Shown: in pieces, positions 46,609 to 59,500 of the stretch
How positions within the stretch are numbered: the stretch's first letter is position 1
How the letters are laid out: each line of letters opens with the position of its first letter
Translations under genes and position numbers: made by a program
Origin: Bacteroidales bacterium
Lineage (GTDB): Bacteria > Bacteroidota > Bacteroidia > Bacteroidales > WCHB1-69
DNA: 64,000 nucleotides
Direction of reading: 5' to 3'
NCBI GenBank assembly: GCA_017617445.1
Contig: JAFZWE010000014.1
Location: forward strand, 82 to 64,081
Notes under the pieces: model-generated
Seen by the model: only the letters and a program-made list of their open reading frames with translations
What the model was told of the DNA's origin: nothing
Database searches by the model: none

Positions 46609-46616
46609 CAAAGGTA
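46609..46616 (-). promoter_or_regulatory. -7 box TACCTTTG for the flavodoxin-like gene
   Basis: Matches TAnnTTTG, 28 nt upstream of ATG 46581. Confidence 0.55.
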
Positions 46617-46703
46617 AAAAAATTTGGAGTTCTGTCCACATGACTGTTTAGATTAATTTGGAGGATTTTGAGAAAGTAGTAGCTGCCATATCGGATAAAT
46701 GTG

Positions 46704-46711
46704 TATTTTTG
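46704..46711 (+). promoter_or_regulatory. -7 box TATTTTTG for the 46738 gene
   Basis: Matches TAnnTTTG, 26 nt upstream of ATG 46738. The track start at 46699 precedes the box. Confidence 0.55.
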
Positions 46712-46737
46712 CGCATTATATAAAATCAATTAAAACA

Positions 46738-48810
46738 ATGTTTTTTGCAGAGTTACTTTTTGTCGTTCTTTTTATACTATTGCTTCCTATAAGCAAAAAA
46801 GCACGAAAAATAGTGGTTGACCATATCGGTTTGTGGGCTTTGTTGATCTTGTTGTTGGGGTGGATCTGGTACGGTATCGGTTTTGCGCACTCCATGGAAG
46901 GGTCTGTGGGCTTTGTTGTCTGTGCCCTGATGTCTTCACTTGAAATGTTCGTCTCGCATTCCGACCTCATTGGGATTGAGATCAAGCCTGCCGGAAACCT
47001 GTTTTTGGAGCAGAACGCATGGTACCTGCCCGTATTTTTCCTGTTGCATTTCCTGGCACTGTTCGTCAGTGCGGTATTTCTCATCAACCTTTTTGGCAAC
47101 AGACTGTATTCCAGACTATCCATGCGTTATTACCGCTGGTTTTCCCACCCCAAAACCCTTTATATTTTTTACGGTATCCATGAGAACACCCTGCTGATGG
47201 CAGAGAATTTCAAGAAGGAGCTTGACCGCACACAAAAAGGGAAATACCAAATGGTTTTCATTGAGACCCACAATGTCCCGTTTCACATTCCCCAGAGGTT
47301 CTCGTTTTTGAGGATTCTCATTGGTTCAATGGACCACACGACAGGCATCAACCATGCTGACGAGCTGGATGCTTGGCGAGTACTGGAGCAAGTGCACCCG
47401 TTAGGGAAAGCTTTCTTTGACGGACTCTTGGCCAAGTGCGTGAAAAAATCCACCCAGACTCACCTGTTTCTTTTCTCAAATCAAGAGGAGGAAAATATAC
47501 ACATGTTAACTATTGTCAATCAGGCGGAGCAGCTGTGCCGTTCTTCGGAGAATTTACTGAATGTTTACTGTATGGCACAGCGGGATGCCAAGAATCTGGC
47601 ATGGGAGGCCAGCAGGGATGCCAACATCCACATTGTGGATGATGCCATGTTGGCGGTCTCCCAACTGATGGAAAACCGCGCCAGCCTTCCCGCCAACTTC
47701 GTGCGTCCTGACACCACACGCGCCGTGGCCACCGCACCCTTTAGAGCCGTCATCATTGGGTTCGGCCCTATCGGACAGTCCATGCTTCACTTTTTGTACG
47801 AACACAGCGCATTTCTTGACACTGACGGCAACCGCAACGAAATAAACATCACAGTGCTGGACGAGGAGATGGATCATGTCAAACCGCTTTTTTTTGCAAA
47901 ATATCCCGCACTGAAGGACAATGCGTCCATCACGCTACTGCAACAGGAGATGGGATCCCCTGAATTCCTGCATACAGTGGAAGAAAAACTGTCCAACGCC
48001 AACTATTTCGTAGTCGCTCTCAACAATGACAAGTTCAACCTGTCGGCCGCTGCCGACCTCGCCGACTGGCTGATACTCCACCGTTCCGACTTTGCCGAGT
48101 GTAGGATTTTTGTGCCGGTGTACAGTCCCATCGGTTACCAGCAGGCTGCAGAACTGGCGGCTCAAAAAGACAGTCTCATCATCCCCTTTGGGGAGAAAGT
48201 GCTGGCATTCACGCACGCCAACATCGTTAAAGACACCGTTTTACAGAAATCAAAACATTTTTTTGCCGCCTATCAAAGATACATTGGAGAAAAAGAGACC
48301 TGGGAGGAACGTGCCAGACGGCTGAAAGGGAGTACCGCCCTCAACAACCAACGCCTGCTGGTGCAACAGCAAGACCAGGCCAATGCCTACCATATCACCA
48401 GCAAGATGATTCTCACAGGCATCAACTCCACCCACGACACCCGTTTCCAGGAACTTCTGGGAGCCATCCGGCAAAGACAAAATGCCCTTCTGGCATCCAT
48501 GCAGAGGAATCCTAACGGGAAACCCGACACAGGAATCGGCTATTCCACTGACAGCAACGGCGTGATTCTGGAAAACCTGGCCGCATGCGAACACTTGCGC
48601 TGGATGGCCTCCGCCGAACTACTCGGATATACGGACTTTCCTGAAAACGAATGGGAAAATGTCAACAAAAAGGATTTCCTGAAAAAAAGGCTCAATTGCC
48701 TCAAGGATTGGAAAACCATGAGCTTGTTTCCCGCTTTGGACGAGACCAAAGCACTTGACCGCTCCGTAGTGGATGTGAGTTTCCTGCTCATGGCCGAAGA
48801 CGAACAATAA
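46738..48810 (+). CDS. Membrane protein with Rossmann (TrkA-N/RCK-like) domains and a C-terminal RyR-like domain
   Basis: N-terminal TM helices. Rossmann loop AVIIGFGPIGQSML. C-terminus: LAACEHLRWMASAELLGY...KKRLNCLKDW...LDRSVVD, which resembles the bacterial RyR-domain signature. Confidence 0.5.
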   Translation: MFFAELLFVVLFILLLPISKKARKIVVDHIGLWALLILLLGWIWYGIGFAHSMEGSVGFVVCALMSSLEMFVSHSDLIGIEIKPAGNLFLEQNAWYLPVFFLLHFLALFVSAVFLINLFGNRLYSRLSMRYYRWFSHPKTLYIFYGIHENTLLMAENFKKELDRTQKGKYQMVFIETHNVPFHIPQRFSFLRILIGSMDHTTGINHADELDAWRVLEQVHPLGKAFFDGLLAKCVKKSTQTHLFLFSNQEEENIHMLTIVNQAEQLCRSSENLLNVYCMAQRDAKNLAWEASRDANIHIVDDAMLAVSQLMENRASLPANFVRPDTTRAVATAPFRAVIIGFGPIGQSMLHFLYEHSAFLDTDGNRNEINITVLDEEMDHVKPLFFAKYPALKDNASITLLQQEMGSPEFLHTVEEKLSNANYFVVALNNDKFNLSAAADLADWLILHRSDFAECRIFVPVYSPIGYQQAAELAAQKDSLIIPFGEKVLAFTHANIVKDTVLQKSKHFFAAYQRYIGEKETWEERARRLKGSTALNNQRLLVQQQDQANAYHITSKMILTGINSTHDTRFQELLGAIRQRQNALLASMQRNPNGKPDTGIGYSTDSNGVILENLAACEHLRWMASAELLGYTDFPENEWENVNKKDFLKKRLNCLKDWKTMSLFPALDETKALDRSVVDVSFLLMAEDEQ

Positions 48811-48814
48811 AACA

Positions 48815-48934
48815 ATGATCATCATGTCTGAAATATTCATCAGTTATTCAAGGAAAGACAAAGACACTGTCAGGCACATCGTCAACGAGACCGAGCAAAT
48901 GATTGGAGTAGTGTGCCTTCTATGCCACCAGTAG
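48815..48934 (+). pseudogene. Truncated TIR-domain gene (N-terminal 39 codons only)
   Basis: My own translation gives MIIMSEIFISYSRKDKDTVRHIVNETEQMIGVVCLLCHQ*. IFISYSRKD is the conserved first strand of bacterial TIR domains. No TIR continuation appears in any frame downstream. It starts 5 nt after the preceding stop. Confidence 0.55.
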
Positions 48935-48988
48935 CACTCCCGATTTGTCGGTGGCAAACCAGAAATAGGCATTTTTATTAATTTGTTC

Positions 48989-49225
48989 CTAAGCTGCACT
49001 ATACCCATTCAGCCACCCTGCCGGCAATGCATTGAAACCTGTGATATTATTCTCATTTTGACGGTTTCCCGGACTACAGTTTTGAGTGTCTTCAAACCAG
49101 CCTGTTTTCCCTGCCAATGCCTTGGCAATATGATCAGGGTTGTTTTCCGCGCACCAATACCGAGGATGCGTTTTTACATATTCTATAAGCTGCCCAATTG
49201 CACAGGCATCCATACGCACCCACAT
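48989..49225 (-). pseudogene. Fragment of a FISUMP (Fibrobacter succinogenes major paralogous) domain gene
   Basis: ...IAKALAGKTGWFEDTQNCSPGNRQNENNITGFNALPAGWLNGY resembles the middle of the FISUMP domain. The family's N- and C-terminal parts are missing. The upstream part of the track ORF (up to 49510) is out-of-frame read-through of the DUF1295 gene. Confidence 0.45.
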
Positions 49226-49248
49226 TTTGCCACTATTATCCGAATTTT

Positions 49249-50126
49249 CTACAAAAACATCCTCGTTCTTTTCTGATACTCCGCATAGCCCAGTTTGTTC
49301 TGCAGCTGGCGCTTCTCCATGAGGGGAACGCTGATGAAGCAGAACAGTCCGGTGTTGAGCAGGGCGCCGGCCACGCAGAAGTCGCTGAGGGAGCAGCCCG
49401 TCCCCGTCTCTATCCATAGTGCCAGATACATCACCCAAACGCCCCACCACATCAGGATTTCGCCGAAGTAGTTGGGATGGCGGCCATGCTTCCATAGCCC
49501 CATCTCGCAAATCTGTCCCTTGTGGGCTTTGGCGAAACGGTGCCGCTGCGTGTCAGCCACCAGCTGCAGCGTGGCAGCAGCCAGGCACATGGCGAATCCG
49601 AGCCAGCACACGATATTGGCTTGAAATGCCGCCTCTATGACGAGAAAACCGGGAATCATCACCAGAAAGACAATGACAGTGGGCATCATGGTCAGTCCGA
49701 AAAAATTGATTATCTGGAAGATGACAGGATGTTGCTCTTTGCGGTACTTGGCATAGCGCCAGTCCTCGCTGTTGAGGTTTTTAACGTGAACGCCCAGTTG
49801 CCCGTGAGCCGGATGCCCCAGTACCAGACGGCAATCAGCAGCAGCACCGTGGCGGAGGTCCAGCTGTGGAGATGACACGCCCAGAGGGTGAGCATCACGG
49901 GCGGCGCAACGCTCCAGTAGGGGTCGTAAACAGAGACATTGCGGAACACGAGGCCGAAAAGCCACACCACCACCGTGGCGGCAGCATCGGCGATGAACAG
50001 CGGCCAGAGGTAGTGTCCGCCGGTGCCGTCGAGCGCGCGGTACACCAACAGCCCGACCACAAAGGCGAGCGCGTAAACCACTGTGAGTACGACAAAACTG
50101 AGACTGCGGGATTCTTTGATGGGCAT
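49249..50126 (-). pseudogene. DUF1295 (steroid 5-alpha-reductase-like) membrane protein, frameshifted
   Basis: The N-terminal part is in one frame (49710..50126: ...YDPYWSVAPPVM...WYWGIRLTGNWAF). The C-terminal part is in another (49249..: KNLNSEDWRYAKYRKE...GLWKHGRHPNYFGEILMWWG). The frame switch is near 49785-49790, next to a T5 run. Confidence 0.7.
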
Positions 50127-50163
50127 TCCTTTTTATCGTTTTTTTATGAATAAAATAACATTT

Positions 50164-52581
<2,418 letters not shown>

Positions 52582-52611
52582 TCATAACAATTGAATTCAA
52601 TTTCTTTTAAT

Positions 52612-53400
52612 ATGTTAAAAATCAGAGATTTATTCTTTATTTTTGGGGTGATGGCCTGCACTATTTTCGCCGCCTGCACCCATTCAACAGAGGCCGGGAA
52701 CACTGCACCGAAAGAGGTGATTGCCACCGATGATGCCAGCGACTTTGTGGTGATCACGGAAGTTGTGCCGGATGCTCTCCTCGAAATCCGCTACTACAGC
52801 ACCTACAACTTCATCGGTACCCGTATCGACGGATACAACGAGCCCACCGCACTGCTCACGCGCGAGGCCGCCGACAGCCTCCGCGTCGTCAGCGACGAGC
52901 TGAAAGAGCAGGGCTATCGTCTGAAAATCTACGACGCCTACCGTCCGCAGATGGCCGTTGACCACTTCGTGCGCTGGGGCGCCGACCTCGCCGACACGCT
53001 GATGAAGGCCTACTTCTATCCGGATCTCATCAAGGATGTGCTGTTCGACCGCGGCTACATCGCCCGCCGCAGCGGCCACTCGCGCGGCTCCACCGTTGAC
53101 CTTACCCTCTTCGACATGAATACGGAAAAAGAAGTTGACATGGGCGGTACCTTCGACTGGTTCGGACCGGAAAGCCATCCCGACTTCGGCGGCAACCCCG
53201 AAACGGGGCAGTACACAGGCAAATGCAACAGTCCGCAAGGCCGCACCATCACTCCCGAGCAGTTCGAGAACCGCATGATTCTGCGCCGCGCCATGTTGCG
53301 CCACGGCTTCAAGCCCTACGATGAGGAGTGGTGGCACTTCACCCTGAAAAACGAGCCCTATCCAGATACGTATTTCACCTTCCCAGTGAAGCAGCTGTAA
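52612..53400 (+). CDS. D-alanyl-D-alanine dipeptidase (VanX/DdpX-type M15 peptidase), lipoprotein
   Basis: Lipobox IFAAC, then IRYYSTYNFIG, SGHSRGSTVDLTL and EWWHF. I chose the start at ATG 52612; the track start at 52591 is a TTG. Confidence 0.85.
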   Translation: MLKIRDLFFIFGVMACTIFAACTHSTEAGNTAPKEVIATDDASDFVVITEVVPDALLEIRYYSTYNFIGTRIDGYNEPTALLTREAADSLRVVSDELKEQGYRLKIYDAYRPQMAVDHFVRWGADLADTLMKAYFYPDLIKDVLFDRGYIARRSGHSRGSTVDLTLFDMNTEKEVDMGGTFDWFGPESHPDFGGNPETGQYTGKCNSPQGRTITPEQFENRMILRRAMLRHGFKPYDEEWWHFTLKNEPYPDTYFTFPVKQL

Positions 53401-53506
53401 CGAAGCGGTAGAACGCCCGCGGAAACGTGCCGGATTAGCTTCAAATCAAAATGCAACTTCCCTCTTCCTATCTCATTACACCAAGAGAGAAGATACCTTT
53501 CATATT

Positions 53507-56500
53507 TCATCTTTCAGGCGAAGGCAAAAAAGAGCTCTCCACATGAAAAAAAATCTCTATGGAATCAAGCAAACCATCAATGGATGATGCACGTCCTCCA
53601 ATAGTGGGTGAATGTGAATCTATAGTACAAGGTATAGTAGCCCAGCTATATGAAGCTCCCATTGTGCAGCTAAACAACGATACCACGATCTTATAATCAC
53701 CTGATTGCAGCAACGTATTTATCTTAATGGTATTGGCACGTCCGCCCTCATAAAATCCCTCATAATTAATGAATGAAGGATAGATCGATTGAATACAGCT
53801 GATATCATACATAGGAGCTAACCAACAGAGATTGAAATAGTCAAAATGTTGACAACTTGCTGTGTATACTGGGTATCTTGGGTAAGCATCAGGAATGTAC
53901 ACGGTACCGTTATCCGTATATACAGGATATTGTTGTTGATTATCGTTGAACGTATAGTATGAGGGGGCAAAATAACCACCGACATAATCCAGCAAAACAT
54001 AGGTGTCGCTCCACTCATCATAGCGATAAATTTCATATCTGAGAGAAACCTTTATATCTTGTGAGCAATCCACTCCGTTTCTATCCACAAAAATTTCCCA
54101 ACCCACATCGGTTTCGTCTCCGCTGAATGTATCGTAGATGGTTTGCCTAATAGCATTGGAAATATCCGGCTGGGCTTGTGAAAGACTGCGCACTTTAAGA
54201 AATGGCGCATCACTCACACTCAAATACACTGTATAAATACTGTCACAGCCATTTATGGTAAACAAACTGTCGGAAAAAATGTATATGGAATCCGGTGTGG
54301 TAAAGACAGAAGCAGGAATATGCATTCGGAAATGGCTTGCATCATCATACCAATCGTAACCATTGGTGCTTGCCTCCGAATAACTAACGCGCTCGGTTTG
54401 TGCAAAAGAATAGCTCGGATAGATGATAATCAGGTCGGAAGTGTCAGATATGTAACAGCCGTTAGCATCTATGCCGTGGAAAACGATATAGTAGTTGCCA
54501 CCGGGAAGATATGCGTCCTCGTAAATGTAATTATTATTTGCAGACCCCAATTCCTGTACGGGATTCATCGAATCATCCAACAAGGTGGCCGTGATGGTAT
54601 AGTCACCATAGCCTCCATTCAGTTCTGCATATAGTATTACAGGCACATTGTCACAAGTATGGTTGTTGTATATGAAAGAGGTCAAGATAAGTTCAGTGGG
54701 TTGCGTCACTGTAATAGTTTCAGAAGCAATGCAACCAGTGGCATCGGTCACGGTAACAATATAGGAACCGGCTGCTATGTTTGGAAAAGTAACAGCATTT
54801 AAGGATGTCGGGATAGTGTTGGTAGCATCTCCATATGAGAAAGTATAATTTGGGGTTCCCCCTGAAACTTCAATAGAGATGGAACCGTTGTTTTCTCCAT
54901 AGCATAAGGCGGAAGACATCGAAATACCATCAATAAGAAGTGGTCCGGGAACATTGACTTGTATTGGAATACTAGTACTATTTCCACATAAATCCTCAAA
55001 AACAACTATAGCCAGCGTGGTATCATAGATAATACAGCCTGCAGGAGGACTTTGAGAAAAGGAAGAAAAGGACATGCCCCAGTTGTCAACATAATGTGTA
55101 GTGACGTAATTAGAAAGGTCCGGAACCTGAAATTCGCATGGGTTAGACGAAGGTTCTGCATTACAAACAGGAGAAGTGACATCCAACCACGGACTGATGG
55201 TATCCATAAGTTCGAACACCTCAAAAATAGGCACTGACACATTCCCAAAACGATCTACAGCGTAATATTCTCGTGTAACAAAATTGTAGCCACAGGTATT
55301 GGAATCAAAATTATAGCTAGTGGAATTATGGATGAGAGTATCCAACAATGTGCAGTCAATCACCCCGCCATAAGCAGATAGCTCTACAACAGAAGTAAAA
55401 GCAAGAGGAAGGGTATAGAATCCATCAGCATCAATAAAAAAAACGATGGTATCCAGGTTTTGCGTCCAAACATACGGTTCCGTAGTGTCAACTACAATAA
55501 AGCGTTCTTCAAAGGAGCTTGTATTACCGGAGCTGTCTGTAACAATATAGGAACGTTCAACAACAATGGGATAGGAGTCATAATTAGGATCATCGATATC
55601 AGAAAAAACAAGTTCATTCACCAAATTGAAATCGGTAATGGAGATACTATTGGGCAGTTCGTTCACATCAGTATATGCATTCGGGATAGTGTATTCACAC
55701 ACTTCGTTGAGGTATATGTATTGTTGTTCAAGAGCCCCCCTAATCTGAGGAGCAGTGGTATCAATGATGGTCAACGATGCGCTAAAAGTGGAGGTATTTC
55801 CGCATTCGTCAGAGGACAACCACGTCACATTGTAAGTACCTGGACTAAAATTATTTGTAGTAAAATCTCCCATATAGGATACTGTCGTATTGGTTTGACT
55901 GCATTCGTCAAATGCCATGGGGTAGGCCAGCCATTCCTGGAGCTGTTCGTATTCCGAATCAATATTAAAAGTGGCATCTACGTTCGTTCGTGTAAAGTAC
56001 GGACTGCCATAATCACGAACATTGAATCTTTCCATAGCAGAGGTTACATTACCACACGCATCTTCAGCTCTCCATTGGATTTGATAGTAGCCACTACAAG
56101 AAGATTGTTCCACCCATCCGTAGAAATGGATTCCGTCGGGCATCAGACCCGAAGCTGTCGCATCAAAGGGAACAAAAGTGTACCCGTTGTAATAGTACGG
56201 GACTGGCACCAACGGATTTCCGTTTCCATCAACAGCCTGAGGGATTTCCAACCAGTAAAGAAGGTCACTTTGATTTCCCGATCCATCACACTCAACATAA
56301 ACTTCAAAGGGCAGTGTGACAAACTCGGGACGTCCGTCAGTACATGCTGTTGTGAAACTCACCTCTTCGCCATAACTTGTGCCCACCTCATTTGTAGCGT
56401 ATGCCCTCACGTAGTAAGTAGTATTGGGTGCAAGGCCTGTTAGACTGCTGGTAAAGCTGCCCGTGCCTGTTCCGTTGGTGGTGTGGCTGTTGCTCACGGT

Positions 56501-59500
56501 CGGATTCTGCGAAGTACTCCAGCACACGCCGCGGGCCGTGATGGCTGCACCGCCGTCATTGGTCACATTGCCGCCGCAGATGGCTGTAGTGGAAGCAATA
56601 TTGGTAACGGTGGAAGTGGTGACGGTGGGCAGGGTGGCACTCCATACTACAACGGCAACAGAATCTATTGAAGTACAGAGCGGTTGATAACTGTAGTCAA
56701 GCGAGGAGTGAACTTCCACATAATAGACAGTGGTGATATCGGGGGTGGCCCGATATACCGATGCATTGGCACCCAATATCTGGTTGGATTCGGCCATAGA
56801 GTTCCTGTACCAACGGTATTGCATAGCCTCAGCGCTACCGCTTTCAAGCACAGCCGTAAGTACCACCTCCTCACCGCTTTCAATGGTGTCGTGAGAGGTG
56901 GAAAGATGTACCACAGGGGCTTCATAAACATCAATTTCAAACGGATCACTCCATGTTGCACAACCGTTTTCATCCAAAATCATCACACTGTATTGGTAAG
57001 GATTGCTTATTGGGGGAAGCGGACCCGATTCTTCAAAATAGTATCGGTAAGTTTGTGCAGTTTCTCTCGGATTTCCATTCAGATACCAATGGTAGGTTGT
57101 GGTAAGAGGGGCTATGTCGCCATCCACCCATGCTATCATAGTAATTGGTTCATATTCGCATACATAATGGTTTCCCTCAATGGCAACCAAAGGATGTCCA
57201 ACCACAGCCACAGTAATGTCATTGGTGGCGGTGCATCCGTACCCATTGCTTCCCGTCACATAGTAGGTGGTGGCATTGGCAGGGGTGACATGGATAGTCG
57301 CACCCGTTTCACCCGTACTCCACACATAATAATCCATACCCGTGGCAACAAGGGTAGCTGTATCCCCTTCACACAGGGTGGTGTCACCGCTGATGGTCAC
57401 CGATGGGGCATCCACCACTACAACAGTGAGAGAGTCGGTGGAAGTACATTGCGGGTCAACATAGCTATCGATGGTGGAATAGACCTCCAAATAATAGGTG
57501 GTGGTGGCATCCGCACTTACAGTGAGTACGGGACCCGTTGCTCCCCAAATTCTGTGGGACTCCGTAATGGAATCCTCATACCACCGATACTGTAAATAGC
57601 CCGGTCCGTTATTATCAATAACCGCTGTCAATGCCAGCATTCCTCCATGGCAAACCGTATCCACGGGGGCAGTGATGTGTGCGGCAGGAGATTCATAGAC
57701 AAGAACTTCAAATGGGTTGCTCCATGCGGAACAGCCAGTCTCCACATCCTCAATCTTAACACTGATCTGATATGGAACTTGGTCAGGTGGAAGGATATTC
57801 CCATAATAGAACCGATAGGAATCTGTTCCTTGATTTTCCTGCCCGTCAAGATACCATGTGTAGGTAGTGGTAGCCGGTGTGTTCTGACCACCATTGACCC
57901 ATGCGTTCAGATAAAAATTGTTGTATTCGCAAATATAGCGATTGCCCGAGATGGCCACGAAGGGGGTGAAGCCGGAGCAATTGGTGGTGAAGGTCACCTC
58001 CTGTCCATACCCCGTTCCCGCTCTGTTGGTAGCGTATGCTCTGATGTAATAGGTTGTGTTCGGAGTTAAGTTTGTCAGCGAACTAACGAAGTTACCCGTG
58101 CCGGTACCATCAGTGGTATGGCTGTCATTTATAGTGGGGTTGGGTGAGGTACTCCAGCAAACGCCGCGTGCCGTGACAGCCGCACCGCCATTGGAAACGA
58201 CAATACCACCTCCTGTCGCAGTAGCGGGTGCAATGTTTGAAAGAAGCGCAGTGACAACTGTAGGCACCTGTGCATGTGCAATCACATGAAACATGATTTC
58301 AACAGAATCCAGAACCGCTCCTCTGGTGGAATTGTTTCCACCCATATAATAAGGAAGGGCTTGATCCCATGTCATGGTGGGATTTTCAGTTCCGCCATCA
58401 CGCTTATTAAGGGTGGCTACAATTTTATAGTCGCCCACACCTGTCGCATTGTACGAGCCAAAACTGCTGATCAGGATGGTGTTTGCACGAGCATCCTGAT
58501 AGAAATCTCCGGAAAGCGTATGGGCATATCCCGAAGGAAGGTAAGCTTCATTGTAATCTGGCGACAGCCAGCAGAGGTTGAAATAGTCATAGTGTTGGGA
58601 ACCAATGTTGCCATATAGGCTCGGGATGGAAACGCTATTGATAGTGCTTGCACAATACGCCAACTGCATATTATCACAGAAGGTGCGGTATTGCGGGCGG
58701 AAATGGACATTGACATCCGGCATCAACTGATAGGTACCTGAATTTTCGTCCAAGCGATATAGCTGGTATTCAAGGGAGACGTGCATTTGCGGATCACATC
58801 CCACACAATCTTTGTCAACAAAAATTTCCCACCCCACATTGGTATCGTCAGAAGTGAGAGTGTCGCGGAGGGAGTGTTCCACCGCATTGGCAATGTCTGG
58901 CGCAGCTTCTGACAGTCGGCGCACCTTCAGCTTAGGCACATTCGGGACATAAAGGGTTATGTTCGCCGTGCTGCTATTTTCACATGAATCGCTGAATGAA
59001 ATGGTTACATTCCTGGAGTTAGTGATGACGGTGCCCGCAATTGGAGATTGCGAATAAAGATACAGTCCGCTACCGTTATCCACATAATGTGCCAAAACGG
59101 TGTCACGGAAATCAGGGACAAGAAATTCACAATCATTGGATGTGGGCAAGGCATCAAAGGCATCCGGCATATTCACCAACTGCGGGGAAGTCATGTCAAC
59201 GACAGTCCAATTTTCCATTGCTAATCTGCTGTTTCCACAACCATCAGTAGCAGTCCAGGTGACGTGATAAACCCCCGTGGATCCACAATCCGGGGTGAAT
59301 GTTTCCGTATGGGTGACCGTAACACCTGAACAGACATCCATAGCATCCATTGATTCCACCCAATCCGTAAACAAAGCAGGGTTGTAACCGCACTCAACAA
59401 TTTGATTTATTGGATATTGTGTAAACATTGGACTTCTCGTATCTGTGATATGGAATATTTCTGTAACATAGGCAGCATTACCATAGGTATCCATGGCCTC

